Position numbers and translations under genes: made by a program. Positions 36,301 through 48,800 of a stretch of 64,000 nt of DNA are shown one piece after another (position 1 is the first letter of the stretch; each line of letters starts with the position of its first letter). The stretch covers positions 10,776,184 through 10,840,183 of the forward strand of contig OZ316895.1 in NCBI GenBank assembly GCA_973895155.1, in the 5' to 3' direction. This DNA is from Marsupella aquatica. Taxonomy: Eukaryota > Plantae > Marchantiophyta. Below the pieces are notes generated by a model, which saw only the letters and a program-made list of their open reading frames with translations, was not told the DNA's origin and searched no databases.

Positions 36301-37991
36301 GCATATGTTGATGTGTCCACTTCCACACCTACATACAACCGTTTTTTGTCAGCTCTATGTACATGGAAAGCCACTGGAAAGACAAGAGGGCTGCTCGGAT
36401 ACCCTTGTATTGGTCCTGGCCCCAACCCGTCATAGAGAAGTCTTGTAATTATTATCTAGAGCCATACTTTTTATTCTCAACTCTTCGTCTATCAAATTAG
36501 AAATTTTCATCGAACGCAAAACATATTATGGTCAAATTTTCGGAAGTGCGCATGGAACTTCTGAGGTCATTCTCAAAGACTTACAGGCACACTAGTTATA
36601 AACGCAGCCTATTCAATTTTGTGAGCTGCACTTCTCAATGGCCCTGCTCGCGCATTCAAATACTCAACTGAATCCTCGAGCTGAGGAACACGAAACAAGC
36701 TGAGTACAGTTTAAGGCTGATATGCAGGAAGGAAGAGAACCAACATGGAAAATGCCGACTGTAATGCTGGAGGCGATCCTCTGCAGACCGAACAGAAGCT
36801 GGGTAGAATCTCCCACACCGGAGCAAGGTATGATCACTCCATCCTGCGGAATCATACATTGCTGTTCAGCATCCATACTGGGCTACCCAATTGACAATTA
36901 ATGACAAAAGAGTTTCCCTAAAGTATTTCCGGTTGAGAGTCCATACAATTAACTGAAGCTAAAAATGAGGCTAGCGAGACAAAACTCCAATGACAACAAA
37001 GATATCTTATTAACAATGGCCAAAACTCAGATACGTTTCACACAATTTCAAACTTTCCATCACCCGCAAATTCCGTTCTCTAAGACGGAATATAAGTTCC
37101 GATCGTACATTCATTCGATTCCTCCAACCCAATCTGAATATCAATCATTCAATTCAACCATCCTTCTAAACCCCTAAAGCCCAGACAGTCATCTACCACT
37201 TTGGTTCAAACGTCATATATATCTGCAGATATGAAATATGATCGTAAACTCTGCCTGACTTCATACCTTCTCTCTGCTTCGATTACAGTCACTCGTCCGG
37301 ACAGCTTTTCTATGAACACCATCAACTAGATCACCTTAGTAGTCTGTCCGTTATATCATTTCCTTTTCTTAAAATGTTGAACTGATTCAGGAACCTCAAA
37401 TCTGACGTAAAGTTTATCCGTCTGAATCCGTCAGAACCTCAAGGGATCATTACCAGGGCCAATTCACTGCCTCTGCTGCAAATTCTAATTACTCGTCTCC
37501 TACAACTGAGCTTCGTCAAACGCTTGGGCGTTCACTGCTCCGAATCCAAGTCACTCGTTCCCTTGTTTGAAACACTGGTCAACACCATTCATGCATCTTC
37601 CAACAGTATCACAAATCTTGATTATCATTTGTTCGCCTCACATCGTTGACCACACTTTTCATTCTCTCCTACGAAATTGCGGAGAAGTAATTCACGCTCT
37701 TATTTATGTAGACCGCATTCAAATATTCTCCGTTCATTACTGACCCTAATCCAACATCGATTTCGACAAACTCTGCGTCGAAATGACGAGTGCACAATCG
37801 GTAAAACCCCGGTCATTTATTCTGCATCTATTTCACATCATCCGTGTTGATATGTGGACTGCCATAGGACATCCAAATCCTGCAAGCAGCACGAGAGGGG
37901 CATCGTGACAAAATCAGTGACAGCAACACTCACCGCAAGTTCCCATGAGCACCTTCCGGCTCCGAGCCGAGTCCATGTTTGCAGCAGACAT
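33352..37991 (-). CDS. DUF72 (YecE-like TIM-barrel) protein with a disordered C-terminal extension; 11 coding exons
   Basis: Manually spliced, phase-compatible GT-AG exons: 37991-37934, 36843-36745, 36328-36211, 36053-35952, 35856-35778, 35535-35452, 35332-35237, 34835-34773, 34636-34562, 34336-34256, 34035-33352. Motifs VLMGTCGWSD, LQHYSRHFPCVEVDTSTYAIP, FLFHFKAF, GRLGVVVFQF, MAVEFRSRDW, FLYIRVH. Confidence 0.85.
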
Positions 37992-40049
37992 GCTCCCAGA
38001 GTTCAAATTTGTTGCGAGGGCGGGAAGCTCTCCTCTACAGCCTCGAGATCAAAGTGTGATCAAACGCGAGCACTCCAGCTGACGACGACGAAGTTGAGAC
38101 GAGATTTGAGACAAGGTCTCACCAGAAATGGTCAATTGCCGCTGCTCTTGCACCATCGAGACAGGACAGTGGGTGCAGAGACCCCATGACTAAAACAGAC
38201 AGATCCTTCTTGTGTTCTCCTCGCTCATTAAAAGAACCCTCGAATTGCTCGGGCTGAAGGTTTCCCGCGCTTCCATCTCCAGAATGCACGAGAGGCCCTC
38301 TAATTGAAGGGTGCCAAAAGGGGAACGAAAGAATGGTAGTGTTCATCAGCCCTCCCTCAAGGAGATTAGCCCTTTAATTTTCTTGACCCTTGGGCAAGAT
38401 CTGAGGCAGTTCATTAATTCAAGTTTTCCAAGTGTGGCAGAATTGGCTCACTTGGAAGCCCATTCGATGCTCTCTCCGATGAGCTAAAGTGGGTCTTAAC
38501 ACATTGAGCTGATATCTGACTACTTTTGTTAAAACATTTTATCTAGGCCTATATCTGTTTGCACCTACTGTAGTTTTTCAATGTCAAAGGAGTGACCCCT
38601 TGAAGCATAGCAATCAAAACAGGGGTCTCCGATCAACCAAATGTTGAGCTATTAATCAAAAGTCTTGGGACTAAGCTACGTATTCCCTTTCTAGTAACTT
38701 ATACAATAAAAATAATAAAACTAGTACACCAATTACTGAATTTGCTTGTAATTCAAGGACTTACCTTAGTTTACTTGATGTAATTAAATGGCGGTGATGA
38801 CATCTGAAAGCACAATGTTGGAACTGACCTATCAAAATTTGTCCCCTTTTTCTTGTGAAGTCCCCCTGAATAGCAAATTGAAAAGTCTGGTGAAGCTGTG
38901 GAGTAAACTGCATAAGAGGATCATTAAAAGGAATTTGACTCATATAGACCTTTTTTTAACATGGATACAATCTTTTAGCAAACATTAAATATGCCCTAAT
39001 AATGTGAAGTTGAAGCTGGATGGACTTTGCCCCTCAACGATGCAATTGGGATGGACCTTTTTCTATACAGTCACAAGGATGGGGAAAGAGTGTCAATGAG
39101 ATGAGATGCCCAGCCGAGCCAAAGATGTCTTAAAACTTGTTTTGCTTTTGGCTGCACTCATAATGTTTCCAAATGTGATCAGGTTTGAGCCCCAAAACAT
39201 GGCTTGTTGGAAACTTAGCTTATTCCATGCCTTTCCTGACTAGCTAAAGTGGGAGACATCAAGTGGCTAGGGAAATCCAGGTAGAAACATGTTGAGTAGA
39301 CAGAATATCAACAAATACTCAAATAAAATTTAGAGATGCATTCTATAACTTTTCTAGAATAGTTGTCTGTACATTAGTACATTGTTGTCTTTCTGATTCC
39401 AGGTCATAATGCAACCTTGAACACTAAAAAACAAGTGTGTAATTATGTTTATGCATTAAAACAAAAGCTGGTTCTTGTTTGGGACAAAATTCATAATGAT
39501 GTCATTTGAGTGTTCTAAACTTTCCCCCTATATCTTGCAGTTCCCATGGACCACAAATTTTGACAAGATGCTTGGATGGACGATCAAAACTTGCATGGAC
39601 CACTTGGAAATGAAGTTGCTTACTCTGAATAGCATCTTCTTGTTGTATAATATGACAAAATATATAGACCAAAAAGGTGCGTTTTATACAAAGAGATTGC
39701 TTCATTTTATTATTGAAGGTTATCCAAAAGTTTGCATAATTGTGAAAATAATTCTTGGCTTAACTTTGACATAACATAAAAGCTCTGGACATTAAGGGAA
39801 GGTGGGGTGGGGTCCATACACCATAATAAAATTAAATGAAAGATGAATAAATTGTAAGTTACAAACACCAATATATTATCAACTAAATAAAAACAATTCA
39901 ATCTGTTACAGACGGATCTTGTATAAAATGCCCTAATGGTTGACTTGACTTGACTTGACTTGACAAGAACATATTTAGTTATGGTCTCAAACTATAGGAT
40001 GAAGTATCAACGATTGGGATTCACTACACACATGAGTATGTAACAATAA

Positions 40050-40603
40050 TGTTGGCAACCCTAAAGCAGCAGTCATTCATGCTCAGTTGTCTTGCATAGC
40101 TTCTGATCATCATCTCACACCTGCTTTGTGGTTTAGTTAGTCACTCTTGTTTCTGGCTGGACTACATCACCTTAATTCTTGCTTTGCATTTGATCTGCTC
40201 CTCTGATTTGTTGTGCTGTTGGGTTGCTCTAGAGTTTCTGAGCTTCTAAAGTTGATTTCACTTTGTTGCTGGAAGCTAGTGGCTCAGCTGCTGTGGAGTC
40301 CGATTTGCTGTCAGAGAGCCAATTGCACTTCAGTTTAGCTACTGGGTAAGTCTTTCAATATTTGCTTGCCTAAGTACTCTTGCCCATCTTTCTAATGCTT
40401 GTATGATCTATCACTTGTCCATAATTGCTCATCAATTATTGCTGGTCTTTGTAGCGAATCACCCTTGTAGTCATCTACTCATTAACGGTTCATCTGCTGA
40501 TGTATTGTGCAATTGAGTATACTTAGTTTTTCATTGACTCACGCGTACTTCACTTAAATACCACTGCTGGGTTCTGGAATCAAAAATTTCAGTAGCCTTA
40601 GCA
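40050..40603 (+). mobile_element. Possible solo LTR (copia-like)
   Basis: Starts TGTTGG and ends TTAGCA, with a T-rich body. TSD is unconvincing. Confidence 0.3.
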
Positions 40604-42215
40604 ATAGTTGAATCTTGATCTTGATAATCTCAGTATGGTCTTCACCAAACACAAAACCAAAATGACCCATCATTTGTTATGATGAACTATTTGCCTATCA
40701 AATTTGACGTATTGCACTTAGTTAATAAATTGTCTAGACATCTCGAATTACTTTGTGTTTTGTGGAACCATTTGATACATATGGAGGATAAGACCATTGT
40801 TCATGGTGTATATTTGGTAAAAGGTGAGTAACCCCATAGGTGGAAGTACGAAACATTATGTTTTAGCTTTTGATAGCTTTTACGGGCAGTGCTACTGTGC
40901 ATTGGCTGTTAATGTTGTACTCATTGTGTTTGCTTCTTCGAGAGCTTATCTTGTGCCATGGGTGTTCATTGTCTAGATTGATGATAATTAATATAAGGAA
41001 TCTGGGTTGCATAAAGAATTTCTCTCATGCACTCCATTCCATGATCCAACCTTTTGAGATCTCTTCCAATACATTTAGAAAGAATGAGACTAAGTAGTTT
41101 AGTCTCATCGTGTGGCTCTATATCCAATCCACATCTTTTACTCTATGAGCTCAATCTATGTTTGGCACCACCTTGATCTGTCCCTTTGCTATGTATGGAG
41201 ACTAAACCTTTCTCTTACTTTTCCTACTCTCTTTCCCAAAATCAAGTTTCTAATAGTTTTTGATCAAATGTCAAAGGATAAATTTGCTGAATTTTCATGA
41301 TAATATATGTGGTGAAATTGATGGCTCCATATGGATCACTTTTGGCAATTTTGTCTAGGTTCTATCTTGTTTTGATAGCTTCAAACTGCTAAGTTTGATC
41401 ATGTATGTGTTTGAGTAGCTGCTCTCTATTCAAATTTGCGTACATGATCCAGATGATTTTGCATATTAACTCCATGAGGAAGTTTATTGAAGATTGAATT
41501 TCTAGCAGAAACCAGGGTGGAAATTGTACGCTGTTTCTGGTTAGCGAATATTTAGCAGATTTCAAAATCCACATAGGAATTTTCGAAAATTGAATTTCTA
41601 GTGGAAGCTTCACATTCAGGCATTACATACCAAGTAAATATTAGAAGATTTTTCATAGTGAATCCATGCTGGGAAAGTTTGGGGATTGGATTTTCTAGTT
41701 CAATTGTAGCTTTGGAGGTCAAATGACTCTTGGCAATCTCATTGGTATTTTGGCTGATTCAATACTTAGACAGTTTTGTAAATTCTTATGGATAGAAGTG
41801 CATTAGTTCATATTTAGCAATTTGTTGGACTTGAAAATTAGATGCATATTATTTACTTAGGGAGTAGTTGGCCTCCCACCTATGTTTGTAAGGTTTGATT
41901 TCATATCCCGTTGATAAATAATTTTGTTGTATCTTCAGTGACTGTTGGATAGACACTTACTTGCTAGGTCTTTGGCTGCTATGAGTTGGTCACTGTTTGC
42001 TATCATTCTCTTCCATGATGGGATTCAAGTGAGTGAAAGAATCTATAAGTGAAGTTACCATGTGTTGCAACTAGAGCAACACTTTTCAATGAATGGATTT
42101 TCTATCTGAGCTAAAGAAAGGGTTGGGCGGATAGAGTCAAAGGAGCTCCGGGCGGTCAAGGTGGCAGACCCTGGAGCTGGGCCAGGGACAGGACTGGTCC
42201 ATAGTCACCATAAGC

Positions 42216-42217
<2 letters not shown>

Positions 42218-42260
<43 letters not shown>
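42218..42260. repeat. (TG)n microsatellite
   Basis: About 21 uninterrupted TG units. Confidence 0.97.
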
Positions 42261-42262
<2 letters not shown>

Positions 42263-42263
<1 letters not shown>

Positions 42264-42290
42264 CTAGCTCGTGCATGTGTGTTGCACAGT
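42263..42290 (-). mobile_element. Helitron-like 3' terminus
   Basis: The minus strand reads ACTGTGCAACACACATGCACGAGCTAGT (short hairpin plus CTAG|T). Confidence 0.4.
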
Positions 42291-42698
42291 ATTGTTAATA
42301 GAAGTGTTGTTAAGCTCGATCAAGTGAGATGGGTACACTGCAAGGAGTTGGCAAGTCAATCTAGCAAGTGGACTTCAAGGAGTGTGTGAGCTGCAGGAAG
42401 CTGAAGGGTTGGGCATGGAACCTGTCACAGGGGCATTTAGGTCCATCTTGTGGTTAGGAAATTAAACATTAACCATCCAGCCAAAATGACATAATTTGGT
42501 AAACTGATCATGAAAAACAAAGAAGGATTGCGTATTAAAATGTTTGGATTTGTGTGACACTGATGACATGGTCCTTATTCTATAATCTGAGTAACTAGGT
42601 TGCTGTATGCAAGGAGTAGCTATTGATACCGCATAACAATTAGCAAGATGGCAAGAATAAGGGCAATCATGGCGTTAAGAGTAGGGAAATAAAAGCTA

Positions 42699-44984
42699 TG
42701 TCGCGGGTGGTCGGCGACCATATCTCTTTCAATATGTCACCAAATCCGGATCTGTAAAGAGCATTGGAAAGATCTGGTCAAGGCGAGTAAAATTGATATA
42801 AAACACTCGGGAAACGGAGGTGTATTAAGGAAGATACGGCCTGATTAGTGTGACGGGTTAACTTGTGGTCGGAATTAGCGGGTTCGACTTTAGTTTCGGG
42901 TTAACCCAAGCTCGGCCACGGCTTAGCTTAGGGAAGCACGGCTTCAACTTATCTCAGGTAAGCACGGCTTCAGCTTAGCTCAAGTAAGCATAGCTTCAGC
43001 TTAGGCTTAACCCGGGTTCGGATTAGATTGATTCCGGGTTAGACTTAACTCGGGTTAGTCTAAACTCGGGCTCAGGTTAGCATAGGTAAGCTCGGGTTCG
43101 GGCTCAGCTTAGGCTAGGTTAGCGGATAGCGGATAGCGGGTAGCGGGTAGCGGCCTAACCCGAGACCACGGGTTAGCTCTACTCGGGTTAGATAGGATAG
43201 CTAGGTTAGCCGAACTCGGGTTAGCTATGTAACTCGGGTTAGCGCAGCAGTGAGTACCCCCTCTCGGTTGCGGGGGCATAACTTTCTGTGTATTTGGCCA
43301 AATCGGCTATAATTGACCTCGTTGGAAAGAGGAGCTCAAGCTGCTTCCAACGCTGCTATCCACACAGCAAATGGTTGAATAGAGAAATCGGGAGAGGAGG
43401 CGCAAGCTCGCGAAAACCATGGAGGAGGGCCAAATCCGAAGTACATAGCCAATTCGAGATAGAAATAAAGCTGCGAGTTAGGGTTCAATAGTTACAGATA
43501 GTGGCGGCTCTGTTAGGGCTGGGATGGGGCTCCAGCAGCGTAGCATCCACCCATTTGGGCTCAATGAGAGAGTATATAGAGCAACCCCCCGGTAGAGGCA
43601 GGGGAGACTTCAGTTGTGTGATCTCACTTAGACTGAGCAGCAGGGAGGAGCTCTGTGCAAGCAAGGCTGGACCTGGACGTTGCGTGTTGGGGAGAGCTTG
43701 GTTGTGCTATTACTCAGGGAGTAATCAGCCAAGCTTCACAGCAACGGGTTGCTAGGTTTGCGAGCTGGATTGTGGCTCTTTCTAGTGGGCAGCACAACTG
43801 GGTTCTTTTCCCCCGATACAGAGCCTTGGTGATAGGTGATGTATTGGTGATTGTAAACTGTGGGGAGGATTTCAATTCGATTTGCGGTGGGCACATTAGG
43901 GAGGCTGAGATACTGATTAAGGGGCAGTAGGAGGAGCATTTACAGTTCAGTCTGGCAAGACTACGTGATCCATGGGGAGTCCCGGCCTTTGTCTGGTGGA
44001 GAGCACTAAGGGATCTATGGCCAGAGTTGAGCTTGCAGGGCAAGCGTGAGGCCGGGCCTCATTGCAGTCTGGGGTAGATCGCCGTTAGGCCTGGTACCAA
44101 CTTTGAAGTCGAGTCAACTATGCATGCATAACTTGACGTTCTGAATTGGAGGTGTGAGATCTGTATGTGCCCCCAAGAATGAAGTGCAATGAAGGAGGTT
44201 GAGTTCAGGATTGAGTTTGCAAGGCAAGTACGGGATTGGTTTGAGTCCAATTTGCCGTCGCAATCTGGAGTGAGCCGGGCTCAGGTTCAGGATTGAGCTT
44301 GCATGGCAAGCATGGGGCTTGCGGGGCAAGCACGTCACAATCTGGAGGAGACAGCCTTTGGCCCTAGTGTTCGGATCAAGTGTTCTCAGTGAACTATTGT
44401 GCACATCTTTGAATCTAATTGAGTTTTCCTCTCAGGCCTCATTTCTCTCATGGATGTGTGTGTGTGTGAGACGATCTGAGTGTATGATGGGACTAGCAGC
44501 GCCACTGAGAGGTGTACAGGGTGCATTGAAGCGGGCTGGGTGAGGACTGTCATAGCTCTGATTGCTGAGAGTGGAATGGCAGAGTGGTGGGGCAATGGCT
44601 TAGAAGTCCCTAAGCCGGGAATCAGTCAGGAGTCACTGGTTTATGGGTACATTCCGGCGGTGGAATAGAAACATACCTATGGCAGTAAGCATACGTATAG
44701 ACCTATGCGCACGGTAGCGCTAGGCCCTGTGTGTACGGGCCCGATATGAAGGCCCCTTATCACCAGAACTATCATGAGCACGGATCTGATTCCCAACCTT
44801 GGTTCTTAGGGATTGAGCTTGGGTGATGTGTGACGGAGTCTTGTTATGATAGTCTGGTGTTAAGGGCATAAATTGGTGTTTACCGGCCTTCACAGCATCC
44901 CTTCGTGATCCTCAGGTACAAGGAGATGGTTTTGGCACCCATAGTGACGTCTTTGGTGTTAAGACCCATGTCAATCGCGTGACA
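42699..44984 (+). mobile_element. Isolated ~2.3-kb Gypsy-type LTR
   Basis: TGTCGCG...CGTGACA termini (6/7 inverted match). Contains a CTCGGGTTAG repeat array and the shared hairpin motif at 44651-44676. No TSD; followed by ATTTGGTA. Confidence 0.55.
42880..43245. repeat. Array of CTCGGGTTAG / CAGCTTAG / TAGCGG(A/G) short repeats inside the LTR
   Basis: Many (A)CTCGGGTTAG units, inverted TAACCCG units, and a GCGGATA/GCGGGTA heptamer run. Confidence 0.8.
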
Positions 44985-45847
44985 ATTTGGTAGATTGTTA
45001 ATATATATCATGTGGCTATCCATATATGTAAAAAAAAGATCACATACAACCATAATTTAACAACCATAATCATTGCCAAGTATAAGAGCTTCTTATATGC
45101 ATACCTATGTAACCTGCAATACCCGGTAACTATACAATATTTGATCCCACGGACTGTTATAATTATATATTTGTTTCTCTATTTAACCACTCGAAATGCT
45201 TTAGCATCTTACTCCTCCTGGTTGGTTTGTGGGCTTCTATTATAAGTTTAAAATCATGCAAAAGGTGGCCATGGATGCAGCTGCTCCAACAAACTTTTCT
45301 GATTTGAAGTGCTTAAATTTCAACCTTTGAGCTCTGTAGCCGGGAGGAATTAATGAGTTGGCAACGTAATGGTAGATATAGTAGCTATACTTAACTTCAA
45401 AGAAATTGCCCTAACAAAATTGTTTCTATGGTTTTCCTTACAGAGCATTATCCCTGATCAGCAACAAAGCTTTTGTTGCTTCCATAAGCCGAAGGAGCAA
45501 TTTTCCTAGAACTACACTACCACAACACCTATCCATCTCCAGGTTCTTGTCGTGGAAGTTCTGTGCAACTACAATAACTACAGTACCAGCAGATCATGTT
45601 GAAATCCATGCACAACTGGAGAGCAATTCTTGAAGTGTTTGAGTACTTTTGCATTCTCCTCAAAGACATCAGCACAAAGTTTTTCTCAGATCTGTTACCG
45701 TCCGACGACTTGGCTCTTGTGGAACAACAAAGAAACAGGAAGGCCCAACCACCACTTTCCAAAGATCATCACAACAGCAGTTGCAGCATTGGCATGTCCT
45801 CCTCTGGGTTGTAGTAAGGTTGGTTGACTTAGAGCAAACAAAACAAA

Positions 45848-48800
45848 ATGTACCAATTTGAGGGTAGTACTTTGTTTCGTGTGACACTTAGCTTGTTTGC
45901 CCTTTTGGGCATCTATGCTATGAACTACCTTGTTGCCCCAGGAGGTCTCACTCTTTTCAGTTCGCAGCAGTGGGTGCTTCCCTCCCTGCTTAGGTCTTCT
46001 TCACAAAAGCAAGTACCAACCAACATCATTATCTACCCAACTCCTACAGCTCCTCCTGATGTATCGAACTCCACCACCCTGCTGCTTGAAGATGACAAAA
46101 GTATGGGCAAACCCATAGAGCTTGAAGAGAATGAGATTGTGATGATCACTCCTTCACCATCTGATTTGAAAGATCTGGGACAACCTCCTCTCATAGAAGG
46201 ATTTCCAAGAGAAAAAATTATCCTCAACAATAACAAACAGGAATCAGATGCTAAAAAGAGAAGGAACAACAACAAAAAGGAGGGGCTCGTTTTGCAAGGA
46301 CATGATGATCCACAACAAGGTGTAATTGAAGAAGGTGAAGTGGAGGACCACAATGTGAGCACAACATCCACTGTCGTGACCTGGGCTATTCAGTTGAATA
46401 TATGTCTGAGTGCATTGCTTAGATTGGAGTAGCATATAAAACAACAAGTGACACACAGTCTAAGTTATACGCAAGTGCTGCGCTGTGTGCAGGAAGAGGA
46501 GAAAGCAATAAAGGAGGGAGGTGAACAGAATGGAACTGTTGGAGCCAAAATGCCACTGTTGTCATCATCATTAACATCACCACCGCTGCCACTGCCACTG
46601 CCACATAATGCGACCTCTGAGAGGGAAACCATGCAGCTGTGGTTGCCAAAGGTGGCAACATTGCTGTCAAAATGTACTTCCACAGCTCCTATCAGCATCC
46701 TTGAAGTAAGTGCAGTAAATCAAAATCATGGAGTCATATGGCATATCCTCTCTAATTTAAGCAGAACAATGTAGTTAATACCCCCCCCCCCCCCTAATCA
46801 ACCATTGTGATCATGAAAGTTATGCTTGGCCTAAATGGTCTTCACTATTGACACTTATTTTGCATACTGGTCTACAACTTTAAGCTTCTTCATCATTCTC
46901 CTTTGTTAAGCTTGTGGTCCCATATATGCTTTAAGGGTGCATTACCAAAGTAGGGCAAAGACTCAATTCAGACAACTTTGGCATTGTATGTATGTAGAAA
47001 TTGTCACACAAATGTAGGAAGATCCCTGACTCACAAAACTTCTCGTTCATATGTCAATGAGGTAAAGAATGTCATTTTGTACTCCAACATTTAGGCCATA
47101 ATATCATCTTACCTTTTCTTACCTTGACATCTGTATCTCACCACAACATCTTTCCCTCATTCTCAAACATCTTTTCTCTCCTTGACATCTTAAGGTTTTA
47201 TTATCTTTACATATTTTTTTCACCTTGACATCCTTGTTGACATCTCTTTCTCTCATTGACATAACTTTTTCACCTTGACTTTTTTTTCACCTCAACTTCT
47301 TTTCCTCACCTTGACATCTTTTTCATGCACTTTGACATCTTTTCCTCACCCCGACATCTTTTCTCACCCAACATCTTTTCTCACCTCAACATCTATTGTG
47401 CAATGCATAGGCACCAGGGTAGTAAGTGATAATGCACATGTGGGAGCAACACAAAACTAAAAACCATTTGTTGAGCATGCATAATACGATTACCATCACT
47501 CCACAAGTGAAAACAATGAAATCATTTTGTGCAAGCTACAATTGATTGTGGATGGCATGCACTGACTTGTGCATTAATGTGATGATGTCCTTGCAGTATT
47601 TAGCGAAGAGGCCCTGTCAAAGAAACTGCAGTGGAAATGGTGTTTGTAATCACGACTTAGGCAAATGTCAATGTTTTCATGGTTACACTGGTTTGTTCCT
47701 TTTTATTCTCTATATCATTTTCAAGTGTTGTAAGGGAACAAGGCCATAATCAGGGCAAGATATATGTTTAGGGTATGGAACTTTTGAGAGTGGGCAATAA
47801 TTTATAACATTTGAAATTTATGTTTATTCCCTTGCACAACACTGTTTAGTTCCTTTCTCCTCTCTATCTCATTTTCAGGTTTTAATTATTATAGATTTCA
47901 ATTTATATTTTGTAATATAATTTAGATATTTCTTAATTTGTAGTACTTTGTAAGAAAGAAAGTACTCTAGGATTTCCGAAAAGGAAACTGACAACCCACT
48001 TTCAAGTGTATGGAGTCATCATCCCGGTTGTTTTCTTGCACCAGAGAGTCTCACTATCCCTTTGAATTCTAAATTTGGTGTTCATTGCTGATCTGAATAT
48101 CCTTGGCCTGTTTTTTTGTAACAAATTATCTTTTAGATTAGACAGGAGATTAGACACTTCAATAAATTGTTGCATTCAGGGGATACTGTCCACATGCACA
48201 AATATATATTGGCAAAAGTATTTAATTTTTTTGTAATTTGTGAGGAAATTGACAAGCCCATTAACAAGCCTATGATCAAGTTGGAATGATCTGCAACACA
48301 AGTTTGTAACATATATATTAGAGGTCTAAGATTCACACATAGTACACCACTACAACACAATGCATAATTCATTATTTTTGTGTTCAAATTCAGTAAATCA
48401 GTTTTGCTGAATGAGGAGTTCTTGCTTCTCATGCTCAAAGACTGAATGGAACACAGGAGCGGCGTGTGATTTGTATAAAGACTATGAATGCAACATGAAA
48501 TATCCCAGAAATGTGGTGGAACAAAAAGGAGTTTTTGGCCCCTATATACCATCAATATGCCCTGCAACTTGTGATAAAAGAAAAGGATTTTGCTATTGTG
48601 GAGAGAACACTGAATATCCTAAGCGTCCAGCTACTGAACAATGTGGATTTCACAAGATGTAAGTCTATGCCTTAAAGATAATTAGTTCAAAGCAGTGGCT
48701 TCAATCACTAGCAGGATCATTAGTTCTATTTCCATGTGCAATATGTTGGTATCCCAGTCAGCATAGCACATAATGTGCTCCTTTCATTAGTTTTGGTTAA

